Source: an uncultured Gemmatimonadaceae bacterium (GTDB lineage: Bacteria; Gemmatimonadota; Gemmatimonadetes; Gemmatimonadales; Gemmatimonadaceae). From it: a stretch of DNA of 64,000 nucleotides. The DNA is taken from the NCBI GenBank assembly GCA_963817955.1, contig CAWFQK010000006.1:1-64000 (forward strand). The letters are read 5' to 3'. Below are positions 29,556-39,107 of this stretch, piece after piece. Below the pieces are notes generated by a model. That model did no database searches and was not told the origin of the DNA. It saw only the letters and a list, made by a program, of their open reading frames with translations. A program made the position numbers and the translations under genes. Numbering within the stretch: position 1 is the stretch's first letter; each line of letters begins with the position of its first letter.

Positions 29556-30024
29556 GGGACATGGGGGCGGCGCCCTCGAACTTGCCGGGCATGACCTGCA
29601 CCTTGAGCACGTCTTTCATCACCGGCTCGCTGGTGAAGTACCCGTGCACGATCAGTCCCTTTAATCGCCAGTAGGTGCGGGCCGGCTCGGCGCGCCGGTC
29701 GCCCAGGCCCTCGATGCCGGCGATCGCGGCGGGATCGATGCCGGCGAGTCCGGCGACGAACGCGTCACGGTCGGCGGCGCTGTAGTTCTCGCTGACGATC
29801 ACATTGACGAATGCAGGCACTCCGACATCGGTCGCACTGGGCGTGTCGGTGCGTGGGAGCAAGACATCGGCAATCGCGCCGATCTTGGCGAGTTGCGCGT
29901 CCGTGAGTCCGCTCGATGGACGCAACCCGGCAGCGACGTGAGCCCACGCGGCTACCGCGTCGTGGGGCAAGAGTGCAAAGGCTACGGTTGCGCTCAGTGA
30001 CCTGAACAGATCTCGACGCTGCAC
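29548..30024 (-). CDS. gluconate 2-dehydrogenase subunit 3-family protein (Tat carrier subunit)
   Basis: GGAG RBS then GTG; twin-Arg [24 protein letters not shown]. Confidence 0.85.
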   Translation of the reverse strand: MQRRDLFRSLSATVAFALLPHDAVAAWAHVAAGLRPSSGLTDAQLAKIGAIADVLLPRTDTPSATDVGVPAFVNVIVSENYSAADRDAFVAGLAGIDPAAIAGIEGLGDRRAEPARTYWRLKGLIVHGYFTSEPVMKDVLKVQVMPGKFEGAAPMSHA

Positions 30025-30163
30025 GTTGGCTGCTCCAGGAATTGACGTTCGGCGGGGGGCCTTGGCTCGGTGGGGCTCCGCTATGCGGCGATATCGTAAT
30101 GCCGGGACAGTCGGGCCGCCATCGCGCTGCTCCATCCTTGGATTCCGATAGGCTCGAGCAACC

Positions 30164-30180
30164 GGGCCCAACGTTTGCAA
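30164..30180 (+). promoter_or_regulatory. possible sigma54 (-24/-12) promoter
   Basis: GG-N10-GC spacing with TTGCAA (GGCCCAACGTTTGCAA), about 170 nt upstream of the GNAT gene. Confidence 0.35.
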
Positions 30181-30350
30181 TAAGCCGGCTACTAGGCTGC
30201 GCTGGGTCGACGTGGTGTCAGGGTTCGCCGGACTGCTCGAGCGGATTGTGCCCATCATTGCGCCAATGCAACGTCAGCTACCGATCAAAGTGACGGACGC
30301 TACAGTCACTTGTATCGGGGGACAGCATTCTCGAGGACGCAGAGGCCGCC

Positions 30351-31535
30351 ATGACTCTTCATATGGAAACCCTCACGCTCGGTAGCGGCTGGCGAGCGCG
30401 GATTTACCGAGATTGGGAGTTCTCGCCCGACGTGCTCGCCGCGTGGGATGCGTTGGCCAGAGGATACGGCGACACCGGCATCTTTCTGGGGCCCGGTTGG
30501 TACGAGCAATGGTGGACGGCGTTCGGCGTACCGGGCGAGCTGTGCACGGTCGTTCTCGAAGAGTATGGTGAAGTGCGGGGAGTGTTCCCCTGTGGCGCCG
30601 GCACCGAACCCGCGAGCCGGACCACTGTGAATTCTCTGACCAACGATCACTCGTTCTACTTCGATTTCCTGGTGCAGCCCGAGTCGCGCGACCGAGTGAT
30701 GGCGATGTTTGTGCGGCTCTTGCAGGTGCGCAAATCGAAGTCGATCATGCGGTTCGACGAGTTGGCGAACGACGGTGCGAACGGCGCGCTCTTCAGCAAG
30801 ACGTTACGGCGCCGAGGATATCCGGTTCATGATTATGCCGAGCCGTGGGCACCATGGGTGGATCTGCAATCGAGCTGGGAAACCTACGAGTCCGGGTTGC
30901 ATTCCAAGCTACGGAATAACCTGAAGAAGGGGCGACGGCGGGCAGAGCGGGAAGGAACGCTCGCCTTCGAGGTAGTGCAGGACAGCCCGCGCCTCGAAGA
31001 GCTGCTGTCGCAGGCGTTCGATGTCGAGGACAAGAGCTGGAAGGGAGAAGAAGGCACCTCCATGAAGTCGGACGCTCGCGTGGAACAGTTTTATCGCCGC
31101 GTGGCGCGCTGGGGCATTAGAGAGGGGAAATTCTATCTCTTTACATTGCGAATGAACGGCCAACTGATCGCGTTCGATTTTTGCCTGACGGGCGACAGAA
31201 CCATGTTCGCGCTCAAGACGGGCTACGATCAGTCGGTTGCCGCGCGTTTCTCACCCGGCAACCTGATGCGACACGAGGTGCTCCGTTTCCTGTTCAGCCG
31301 GCGCGAATTCGATCGCTACAATTTTCTGGGGCCGTGTTATCCGTGGAAGCTGGAGTGGAATGCCGTGAGCGCCACACACCGATCACTCAAGGTGTTTCCG
31401 CGCAATCTGGGCGGATGGTCTCGCTACGGGTACCAGTTCGGATTCAAGTCGGCATTGAAGCGTGTCCTGGTAGCGGGTGAACGAATCCCCGGTTTCCCAA
31501 AGTTGTCGTCCCGCGAGCTCGCGAAGGGCGCGTAG
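30351..31535 (+). CDS. CelD/BcsL-like GNAT acetyltransferase (polysaccharide-associated)
   Basis: W..L....FL.P.W..WW N-terminus, SWETYESGL..KLR.NLKK, E..SWKG, KTGYD...RFSPG, WKLEW. Confidence 0.8.
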   Translation: MTLHMETLTLGSGWRARIYRDWEFSPDVLAAWDALARGYGDTGIFLGPGWYEQWWTAFGVPGELCTVVLEEYGEVRGVFPCGAGTEPASRTTVNSLTNDHSFYFDFLVQPESRDRVMAMFVRLLQVRKSKSIMRFDELANDGANGALFSKTLRRRGYPVHDYAEPWAPWVDLQSSWETYESGLHSKLRNNLKKGRRRAEREGTLAFEVVQDSPRLEELLSQAFDVEDKSWKGEEGTSMKSDARVEQFYRRVARWGIREGKFYLFTLRMNGQLIAFDFCLTGDRTMFALKTGYDQSVAARFSPGNLMRHEVLRFLFSRREFDRYNFLGPCYPWKLEWNAVSATHRSLKVFPRNLGGWSRYGYQFGFKSALKRVLVAGERIPGFPKLSSRELAKGA

Positions 31536-31543
31536 GAGCCGTC

Positions 31544-32563
31544 ATGTCCAGCGCGCGGGTATCCGTCATCATACCCACATACAACCGAGCGGGTCTGGTG
31601 GGGCGCGCCGTGAATAGTGCGCTGGCGTCCTGCCGCGCCTCGGACGAAATCATCGTCATCGATGACGGATCCACCGACGACACCGAAGAACGCCTACGGG
31701 TGTTCGGCGATCGCATCGTGTACGTGCGTACAGCCAACGGCGGCGCGGGCCGCGCGCGCAACTTCGGCGTGCACGCGGCAAGCAATCCGCTCGTGGCATT
31801 CCTCGATTCCGATGACGAGTGGATTCCCGGCGGCCTCGAACGCAAGCGCGCCCTGATGCAGTCGCGCGCCGACGTGTTGTTCTGCTTCAGTAACTTTGCC
31901 GTTCGTGACGAGCGAGGAGTGGAGCACCACGACTATCTCGTGAATTGGCATCAGGATCGGCGCGACTGGAACGAGATTCTTGGCCCCGGTGCGCCACTCT
32001 CCACGCTCACGCCACTGACCGACGGACAGGAAAAGGTCTCCGTCCATATTGGAGACCTCTATCTGCAGGAGATGTCCGCCAACTACATCTTCACGAGCAC
32101 GCTGGTCGTGCGCCGCGAGGCCGCTGGCGACGCACTGCACTTTGCCGACGATCTTCGGACCTACGAAGATTGGGAATGTTATGGCCGATTGGCGCGCGCG
32201 GGGACCGCGGCGTACCTGGATTGTGAGACGGCGTGGCAACATGGTCACGAGGGACCCCGGTTGACCGTTGCACCCACGTTGACGAGCCTCTCAGCGCGAA
32301 TCGCCGTGCTGGAGCGCGTGTGGGGTAGCGATGCCGTATTTCTCACGAAGCACAGCGATCGCTACCACCACCTGCTGGAACAGGTGCGCCTGGAGAAGGT
32401 CCGCAACCTGATTTCCGAGGGAAAGACGCCGGAGGCCCGGCGTGAAGTTCATCTCACTCCACACGCACCACTGCTCTATCGCGTCCTCGCTCGGGTTCCG
32501 GGACCAGTGACGCTACGGTTGCTGCACGCACGATCGCTGTTGCGCCGGCGTGCTGGCGCATAG
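31544..32563 (+). CDS. family 2 glycosyltransferase
   Basis: VSVIIPTYNR, IIVIDDGSTD, ARNFG, AFLDSDD, EDWE. Confidence 0.92.
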   Translation: MSSARVSVIIPTYNRAGLVGRAVNSALASCRASDEIIVIDDGSTDDTEERLRVFGDRIVYVRTANGGAGRARNFGVHAASNPLVAFLDSDDEWIPGGLERKRALMQSRADVLFCFSNFAVRDERGVEHHDYLVNWHQDRRDWNEILGPGAPLSTLTPLTDGQEKVSVHIGDLYLQEMSANYIFTSTLVVRREAAGDALHFADDLRTYEDWECYGRLARAGTAAYLDCETAWQHGHEGPRLTVAPTLTSLSARIAVLERVWGSDAVFLTKHSDRYHHLLEQVRLEKVRNLISEGKTPEARREVHLTPHAPLLYRVLARVPGPVTLRLLHARSLLRRRAGA

Positions 32564-32564
32564 C

Positions 32565-32918
32565 CTACAGAGGACGCTGTCGCAAATGGGTTCGATCCAC
32601 GACCGTCAACCGGCGCTCGAAAGCGAGATCCGCTCGCGCAAGTAACTCGACGAGCAATCCCGATACCTCATCGGCGCTTCGTGGAATGAAACGCAACAGC
32701 AGGACTCCCGCCGCGGCGGCTCGTTTGTGACGCGTGACCAACTCGCCAAAGTCACGATCGAATGTGACGACGAGTCGCTCGTCGACGCTGGCGCGAGAGA
32801 GAAGGATCTCGTCGTCTTCGCCAGCCGACGACTCACTCGCTGAAAACACATCGTGCCCTGCGGCGCGCAGGGCACGAACGGTATCAAGCGGGACGTTCTC
32901 GTCGACGAGCAAGCGCAT
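32565..32918 (-). CDS. DUF5615 PIN-like (VapC45-type) toxin
   Basis: LLVDENVP, GHDV, D..IL..A...RLVVTFDRDFG; TGATG-coupled to the DUF433 gene. Confidence 0.88.
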   Translation of the reverse strand: MRLLVDENVPLDTVRALRAAGHDVFSASESSAGEDDEILLSRASVDERLVVTFDRDFGELVTRHKRAAAAGVLLLRFIPRSADEVSGLLVELLARADLAFERRLTVVDRTHLRQRPL

Positions 32919-33172
32919 CACGCGGCGCCGGGATGCATTGGTAGCAGCGTTTGATCATGCAGCACGTCCGCGGCATAGGCGAACACGGCGCGCAAACCGT
33001 CATCGGTCAGTTGGGGATAGTTAGCGCGCAACTGCTCGCGCGACCAACCTTCAGCAAGCAGGCCAAGCACGAAATCGACCGTAAGCCGCGTGCCTTTGAT
33101 CACTGGCTTGCCGGCCGCGACGCGCGGATCAGCGTGAATGTGGTTAGTCCAGTTGGGCATGGTTCCATTCAT
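32918..33172 (-). CDS. DUF433 antitoxin
   Basis: DPRVAAGKPVIKGTRLTV..VL..LAEG....L..NYPQL; start ATG 33172 or 33160. Confidence 0.9.
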   Translation of the reverse strand: MNGTMPNWTNHIHADPRVAAGKPVIKGTRLTVDFVLGLLAEGWSREQLRANYPQLTDDGLRAVFAYAADVLHDQTLLPMHPGAA

Positions 33173-33282
33173 GTGCTGAAGCATAAGGATTCCGCGAATG
33201 GCTTGCTAGCGCGGCAATTCGCACACATGAGCCAGCCGTCACCGAGGTCGGAGATCACTAGCCGAGGATGACGCGAGAACTA

Positions 33283-35202
33283 TTACTTCCCCGCTGACCA
33301 CTTGTTATTCGACGGGTCCGCATCCATCCAGATGCGACCGTCGAGCTCGAGCGACGTGACTGCCTTCGTCACAGGCAGCGCAACCGTCGCCTGTCGCTGA
33401 TTCGCCGCCCAGACCGCGGGTGTCTCGTGGACTACCTGGCTGCTGCCGTCAGCGAAATGCAAGCGCACGTCGAATGGAGCCGCCATGCCGCCGACGTTGC
33501 CCACGACGAGCGTGTAGCGGTTGCCGGCCTTTGTCACGCGCTCGACGGCGAGGTCGATGTAGTCGTTGCTGAAGAACCAGTTGCTCCAGAACCAGTTGAG
33601 ATCTTTTCCCGACACGTCGTTGAACGTGTTGAAGAAATCCCACGGTGTGGGATGCTTGCCATGCCAGCGGTCGATGTAAGCGTGCAGACATCGTTTGAAC
33701 TCCGCGTCGCCGAGCAAGTCCTTCACGGCGAGATAGCCGAGCGCCGGCTTGCCGTAGGCGTTGATTCCATACGCGGGCCCTTTCAGCATGTCAGCGGGGG
33801 TGACGATGGGCAGATCCTCGAGCGGCGAAGGATCGCGAGTCCATGAGGCCACCCGGAACTGCTTGAAGAACTGGTCGGCATGCTCCCGTCCGGTGTCAGC
33901 CTGGTTGATGAGATACTCGAACGTGGTGGCCCACCCTTCGTCCATGAAGGCGTACCGCGTTTCGTTCGTTCCCATGTAGAACGGGAAATAGGTGTGCGCG
34001 ATTTCGTGCTCGGCGACGAAGCGCGAAAAAGTCGTGTCGGCGTTGGACCCGTCGTTGACCATCATGGGGTACTCCATGTCGGCACTGCCCTGCACGATCG
34101 TCGACTTTTCGTATGGGTAGGGCACGCCCGGCCAGTTGCGCGACAACCAGCCGACCGCATGACGACCGAACTGCACCATGTGATGAAAATCGGCAGCCGT
34201 GTCGTTGTATGCCGCCTGCACGCTCGCGCGCCGGTGCGTTGCATCATCCACGACGACACTGCCGCCGTCCCAGTCGTAGTGATTGCTGAGCGCGAACGTC
34301 ATGTCGGGAACGTTGGTCGCGGTAAAGTGCCAGGCATTCACGCCGTTCTGTTGTGTCACACGCGCCGCCGCCATGTCGGCATTCGTGGCAATGCGAACTG
34401 TTTCGTCGGACGTGAGCGACGACTCGAATCGGCGCAGAATGTCCTGCTGCAGCACGGCCGATGCGTTCACCAATGTTCCCGTGCCCCACACGACGTAGTT
34501 CGCCGGCACACGCACCGTCACGTCATAATCGTTGAAGTCGCTGTAGAACTCCTGCTGATCGGTAAAGTCCATCGTGTCCCAGCCGTTGTAGTCGTCATAC
34601 ACGGCGACACGCGGATAGAAATACGCCAGGTAATACGTCGTGGAGTCGAGCATTCCTTCCCGACCGGCCTCGCGCGAGATCTCATAATGCCAATCAAATG
34701 AGAGGTGCACGGAATCGTGCGGGGTCAGCGCGGCCGGGAGCGTGACGGGTCGCCAGGTATAGGAACGCGGATCGTCGCGCCACTGCGCCGGCGCGCCGTT
34801 CACCGCGAAGGCGTCGATGTGAACGCCCGACGTCAGGTACGCGTCCGCCGCTCCGTCGCTCCGCGGCGCTCCTGGACGATGAATGTTCAGGAAGAGTTTG
34901 ACCATCAGGCGCCGCAGTGTGTCTGGGCTGTTGTTCAGATAGGTGATCTGCTCGGTGCCCTTCACGGTGCGATCCGGCGGCGCAGCCGTGACGGTCATGG
35001 AGTACCGCGCGCGGTTCTGCCAGTACCGAGGTCCAGGGCGCCCATCGGCCGACCGTGTTCCCTTCTTGTATGCCTGCTGGACAGCGCGCGGCATGTAGAG
35101 CGGGTGTTCGGTAGGCACCGGGAACAGCGGCGACCAGAGCAGGGCGAGCAGCCAGGGCTTGGCAGCGAGCGTCTTCACCGTCACGAGCAGCGGATTGGTC
35201 AT
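33283..35202 (-). CDS. M1 family (gluzincin) metalloaminopeptidase
   Basis: GRPGPRYWQNRARY, MEYPM, HEIAH-x18-E (MDEG), AYGKP. Confidence 0.92.
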   Translation of the reverse strand: MTNPLLVTVKTLAAKPWLLALLWSPLFPVPTEHPLYMPRAVQQAYKKGTRSADGRPGPRYWQNRARYSMTVTAAPPDRTVKGTEQITYLNNSPDTLRRLMVKLFLNIHRPGAPRSDGAADAYLTSGVHIDAFAVNGAPAQWRDDPRSYTWRPVTLPAALTPHDSVHLSFDWHYEISREAGREGMLDSTTYYLAYFYPRVAVYDDYNGWDTMDFTDQQEFYSDFNDYDVTVRVPANYVVWGTGTLVNASAVLQQDILRRFESSLTSDETVRIATNADMAAARVTQQNGVNAWHFTATNVPDMTFALSNHYDWDGGSVVVDDATHRRASVQAAYNDTAADFHHMVQFGRHAVGWLSRNWPGVPYPYEKSTIVQGSADMEYPMMVNDGSNADTTFSRFVAEHEIAHTYFPFYMGTNETRYAFMDEGWATTFEYLINQADTGREHADQFFKQFRVASWTRDPSPLEDLPIVTPADMLKGPAYGINAYGKPALGYLAVKDLLGDAEFKRCLHAYIDRWHGKHPTPWDFFNTFNDVSGKDLNWFWSNWFFSNDYIDLAVERVTKAGNRYTLVVGNVGGMAAPFDVRLHFADGSSQVVHETPAVWAANQRQATVALPVTKAVTSLELDGRIWMDADPSNNKWSAGK

Positions 35203-37037
35203 GGAACATTCCGGTTAGGGGCGGGCGGGCGAGGCACGTGCGCTGTGTCCCTGAGTTGTATGTAGAACGCGGCGAGCAATTGCCGGTTCATTGGGCGGTC
35301 GGCATTGTATTCCTGGCTGTCGATGAACTCCGAGGCGGCCCGTTCGAAGGCTCGTCGATCGGCGCCGGCAATCGATGCGGAGACTGGCGCAAGCACCCAG
35401 GCCGCGCTTTGTCGCACAGTGCGCAGGGAGTCGCGCAGGAGTGGGATCGCAACCATGCGCGCTGACGGAGCAACGGTCTCGAGCACCTGCAACGCGGCGA
35501 GGCGCATGAGGGGATGTGAGTCGTTGATCCTCGCCCGCGCGTGCTCCAACGCGATGGGGCCGGGGTGGCCAGCGAGGCGCGCCAGCGCAGAGGCCCGCAC
35601 GAAGGGAGGCTGCGTGGAGTCGTCGAGCACGCGGACCAGGGAATCTGCGGCGTGCGGATCGCCACGGTCGTCCGCGGCGAACGCGGTGGCGAAGTGCTGG
35701 TAGCCGGACGGCACATGCCCATACCACGTCCGCACTTTCGCCGCCGCCCAACCGGCGTCGCGATCCGAGTGACAACGGGTACACGGATTTGGCACGCCGA
35801 GCGTGACGGACAGGTCGGGGCGCGGCACGCGCATGCTGTGGTCATGCCGTCGATCGATCAGCATGAATGCGCTGTCAGGCATGTGGCAGGAGACGCACGT
35901 CGATCCCGTGCTCCCCACTTTATGAAAGTGATGCTCAGGCGTGTCGTACTTCGCGGAACGATGGCATTGCGCGCACACAGCGTTGCCCGAAAGACGGAGC
36001 TTTCCGCTGTGCGGATCATGGCAATCGCTACACGTCACGCCAGCCGCGTACATCTTGCTCTGCAGGAACGAGCCGTACGTGAACACTTCATCTTCCTGCT
36101 GGCCGTCGGAGTGATACAACCCGTTGAACAGCAGCAGTGGCAAGTAGTAATCGAGCAGCGGTGCGCCGGCGGTATACCCGTCGGCAATATGGGACCGTCG
36201 CGCGTGGCATTGTGCGCACGTCTCGATTTCGCGATCGGTCGCGCGCGGCGTACTGCGATAGGCCGTTGGGGCAGCGGAATCACGGATCCACCGCACACCT
36301 TGGCGCTCTGTCAGGCGGTTGCGCACGCCATCATCCGCTCCACGCCACCAGCGCGACCCGTCTGCCCACCGCACGTGCTCGGACGCCGGACCATGGCAGG
36401 ATTCGCACGCAACATCGATTTCAGCGTACGTCGTGTGATACGTGCTGTCACGCGCATCATATCCCTTTCGCACGGCTGTCGAATGACAGTCGGCGCACAT
36501 GTAGTTCCAATTGTTCTCGGGTCCGGTCCAGTGGAACTGGTCATTCGGGCCAACGCGCACCCCGAGGTCGAGCGAGAACCACCGCTGGCCGCCATCCACC
36601 GCGGCACGCGCATCCCATGCCAACCGCAGCGCCTGCACTCGACCGCGCGTGAGTTCCACCAGATACTGCTGTAGCGGCCACACGCCGAACGTGTATCGAA
36701 TCTCGTAGTCGTGGGGCAGACCGTCCTCGCCCTCCGTATTCACGACGTAGCGGTCGCCGCGCCGGAAGAAGACGGACGTGATTCCAGCGCTGGTGAATCG
36801 CGTGCTATCGAATTGGCCGAGCACCGCGGTACCGCGCGCGTCCTGCATCGCCACCGCCTGCTGCGATGCTCGCCACGACTGGTACTGGGCCGCATGGCAG
36901 CGTGCGCAGGCACGGGCGCCGACGAACGTGGCCGCCGTTGCACGAGGACGGCTCGCCACAAACCGTACGGAGACAACGGCAGCAAGCACCATCAGGCCAC
37001 CGAGGCCCGCGAGCAGGAGCGTTCGTCGTCGCATCAT
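35199..37037 (-). CDS. octaheme c-type cytochrome with C-terminal HEAT repeats
   Basis: Eight CxxCH motifs (CARCH, CADCH, CESCH, CAQCH, CSDCH, CAQCH, CVSCH, CTRCH), N-terminal TM/signal, FGVWPLQQY, VRASALARL and MRLAALQVL HEAT units. Confidence 0.9.
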   Translation of the reverse strand: MMRRRTLLLAGLGGLMVLAAVVSVRFVASRPRATAATFVGARACARCHAAQYQSWRASQQAVAMQDARGTAVLGQFDSTRFTSAGITSVFFRRGDRYVVNTEGEDGLPHDYEIRYTFGVWPLQQYLVELTRGRVQALRLAWDARAAVDGGQRWFSLDLGVRVGPNDQFHWTGPENNWNYMCADCHSTAVRKGYDARDSTYHTTYAEIDVACESCHGPASEHVRWADGSRWWRGADDGVRNRLTERQGVRWIRDSAAPTAYRSTPRATDREIETCAQCHARRSHIADGYTAGAPLLDYYLPLLLFNGLYHSDGQQEDEVFTYGSFLQSKMYAAGVTCSDCHDPHSGKLRLSGNAVCAQCHRSAKYDTPEHHFHKVGSTGSTCVSCHMPDSAFMLIDRRHDHSMRVPRPDLSVTLGVPNPCTRCHSDRDAGWAAAKVRTWYGHVPSGYQHFATAFAADDRGDPHAADSLVRVLDDSTQPPFVRASALARLAGHPGPIALEHARARINDSHPLMRLAALQVLETVAPSARMVAIPLLRDSLRTVRQSAAWVLAPVSASIAGADRRAFERAASEFIDSQEYNADRPMNRQLLAAFYIQLRDTAHVPRPPAPNRNVP

Positions 37038-37062
37038 TGAGGGGTAAAGATCGCCTGAACAG

Positions 37063-37088
37063 TAGATGGGCACCATAGATGGGCACCA
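37063..37088. repeat. 13-bp tandem duplication (TAGATGGGCACCA)2
   Basis: Exact tandem copy in the divergent intergenic region upstream of the cytochrome. Confidence 0.85.
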
Positions 37089-37208
37089 TCGGCCGCCGTG
37101 AGGTTGTACCCCACTACCAGCGAATCCCTCAACGCCGGCAGCGGTGGGACGTGTAACTTTCGCTACCGATTTCTGTCGCCGATCGCCCCTCGCTCTCGCT
37201 CCTCGACC

Positions 37209-39107
37209 ATGGCCCTACTTGCGATGCAAGACGTCAGCATCGCCTTCGGCGGTCCGCTGATTCTCGACCAGGCGAGCTTTGCGATCGAGCGCGGCGAGCG
37301 TGTGTGTCTCCTCGGCCGCAACGGCGCGGGCAAGAGCACGCTCATGAAACTGCTCGACGGCACGATGGCGCCCGATTCGGGAGCGATCGTGCGACAGACC
37401 GGCGTCTCGGTTGCGCGCCTGGAGCAGGAAGTTCCCGACGACGTGGAGGGCAGCACGTTCGATGTCGTCGCCGCCGGCCTTGGCGATGCCGGCCGCCTGC
37501 TCACGCGATATCACGCCGCAAGTCACCGCGTTGCTGCCGGCGGCGGTGAGGCTGCGTTGCGAGAGTTGGATCGATTGCATCACGCGCTCGAGGCGGCCAA
37601 TGCCTGGGAAATGCAAACGCGGGTGGACACGGCGCTGTCGCACCTCGGACTCGATCCGAACGCGCCATTCACCAAGGCATCGGGCGGGCGCAAGCGACAG
37701 ACATTGCTCGCACGGGCGCTGGTGCGAAACCCCGACGTGCTCCTGCTCGACGAGCCGACGAACCACCTCGATGTCGCGGCCATCGAATGGATGGAAGACT
37801 TTCTCATCGATCGCGGCACGACGCTGCTGTTCGTGACGCACGACCGTGCATTCCTGCGCCGTCTCGCAACGCGGATCATCGAGCTCGATCGCGGGCGACT
37901 GCGCGACTGGGGAACGGATTACGACACCTATCTCCAGCGCAAAGACGAGGCGCTGTCCGCGGAAGAGAAGGCGTGGGAGGATTTCGACAAGAAGCTGGCC
38001 AAGGAAGAAGTGTGGATCCGAACCGGCATTCAGGCGCGTCGTACACGCAACGAAGGACGTGTGCGGGCGCTCGAGGCGTTGCGTCGCGAGCGCGAGGCGC
38101 GCCGCGAACGCACTGGTGCCGTGCGGCTGCAGACGCAGGATGCCGAGCGTAGCGGCAAACTCGTCATCGAGGCGAAACACGTGAGCTTCGGCTATGGCGA
38201 TCGCGTCATCGCACGCGACTTCAGCACGATGATCACGCGCGGCGATCGGGTCGGTTTGATCGGCCCGAACGGATCGGGCAAGACGACACTCATCCGCTTG
38301 TTGCTCGGCGAGCTCACACCCGATAGCGGCACGGTCCGGTTGGGAACCAACCTGCAGACTGCGTATTTCGACCAACTGCGGGAGCAACTCGATCCGGAGC
38401 GCAGCGTCTTCGACAGCATCGCCGACGGCGCCGAATTCGTCGATGTACGCGGGTCGCGGCGCCACGTGCTCGGGTATCTACAGGATTTTCTTTTTTCGGC
38501 CGATCGGTCGCGTACGCCTGTACGAGCCCTGTCAGGCGGTGAACGCAATCGCTTGCTGCTCGCGCGGCTGTTCACGCGCTCGTTCAACCTGCTGGTGCTC
38601 GACGAACCGACGAACGATCTCGATATCGAGACGTTGGATCTCCTCGAGGACCTCCTCCTCGAGTTTGCCGGCACGTTGATCTTGGTGAGTCACGATCGCG
38701 CATTCATCGATAATGTGGTCACCAGCACGCTCGTGCTCGAGGGCGGGGGTCATGTGGGCGATTACGCCGGCGGCTATTCCGATTGGGTACGCCAGCGAAA
38801 AGTGCCTGTCTTGCCGACGAAAGCCAGCGTACCAAAGCGTGAGCCGGAGCCGGCAACGAAAGCACGGGACAAGAGAAAGGGATTGGGTTTCAAGGAAGCA
38901 CGAGAGCTCGAACTGCTTCCCGATCGCATCGAGGCGGCGGAGAAGGAGCGCGAGCGACTCTATGCGTCGCTCGCCGATCCTGTATTACTCCGCGACGGCG
39001 CCGCCGTTGTCGAGGCGAAGATGCGGCTGGTCGCGACCGAGGCCGAACTGGAGGTGCTCATTCAGCGGTGGGAGGAACTGGAGACGATCGCCACCGGGAC
39101 CGCGTAG
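37209..39107 (+). CDS. uup: ABC-F family ATPase Uup
   Basis: Two ABC domains (GRNGAGKS, GPNGSGKT, LDEPTN), WIRTGIQARRTRNEGRVRAL linker, C-terminal coiled-coil domain ending RWEELE. Confidence 0.93.
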   Translation: MALLAMQDVSIAFGGPLILDQASFAIERGERVCLLGRNGAGKSTLMKLLDGTMAPDSGAIVRQTGVSVARLEQEVPDDVEGSTFDVVAAGLGDAGRLLTRYHAASHRVAAGGGEAALRELDRLHHALEAANAWEMQTRVDTALSHLGLDPNAPFTKASGGRKRQTLLARALVRNPDVLLLDEPTNHLDVAAIEWMEDFLIDRGTTLLFVTHDRAFLRRLATRIIELDRGRLRDWGTDYDTYLQRKDEALSAEEKAWEDFDKKLAKEEVWIRTGIQARRTRNEGRVRALEALRREREARRERTGAVRLQTQDAERSGKLVIEAKHVSFGYGDRVIARDFSTMITRGDRVGLIGPNGSGKTTLIRLLLGELTPDSGTVRLGTNLQTAYFDQLREQLDPERSVFDSIADGAEFVDVRGSRRHVLGYLQDFLFSADRSRTPVRALSGGERNRLLLARLFTRSFNLLVLDEPTNDLDIETLDLLEDLLLEFAGTLILVSHDRAFIDNVVTSTLVLEGGGHVGDYAGGYSDWVRQRKVPVLPTKASVPKREPEPATKARDKRKGLGFKEARELELLPDRIEAAEKERERLYASLADPVLLRDGAAVVEAKMRLVATEAELEVLIQRWEELETIATGTA

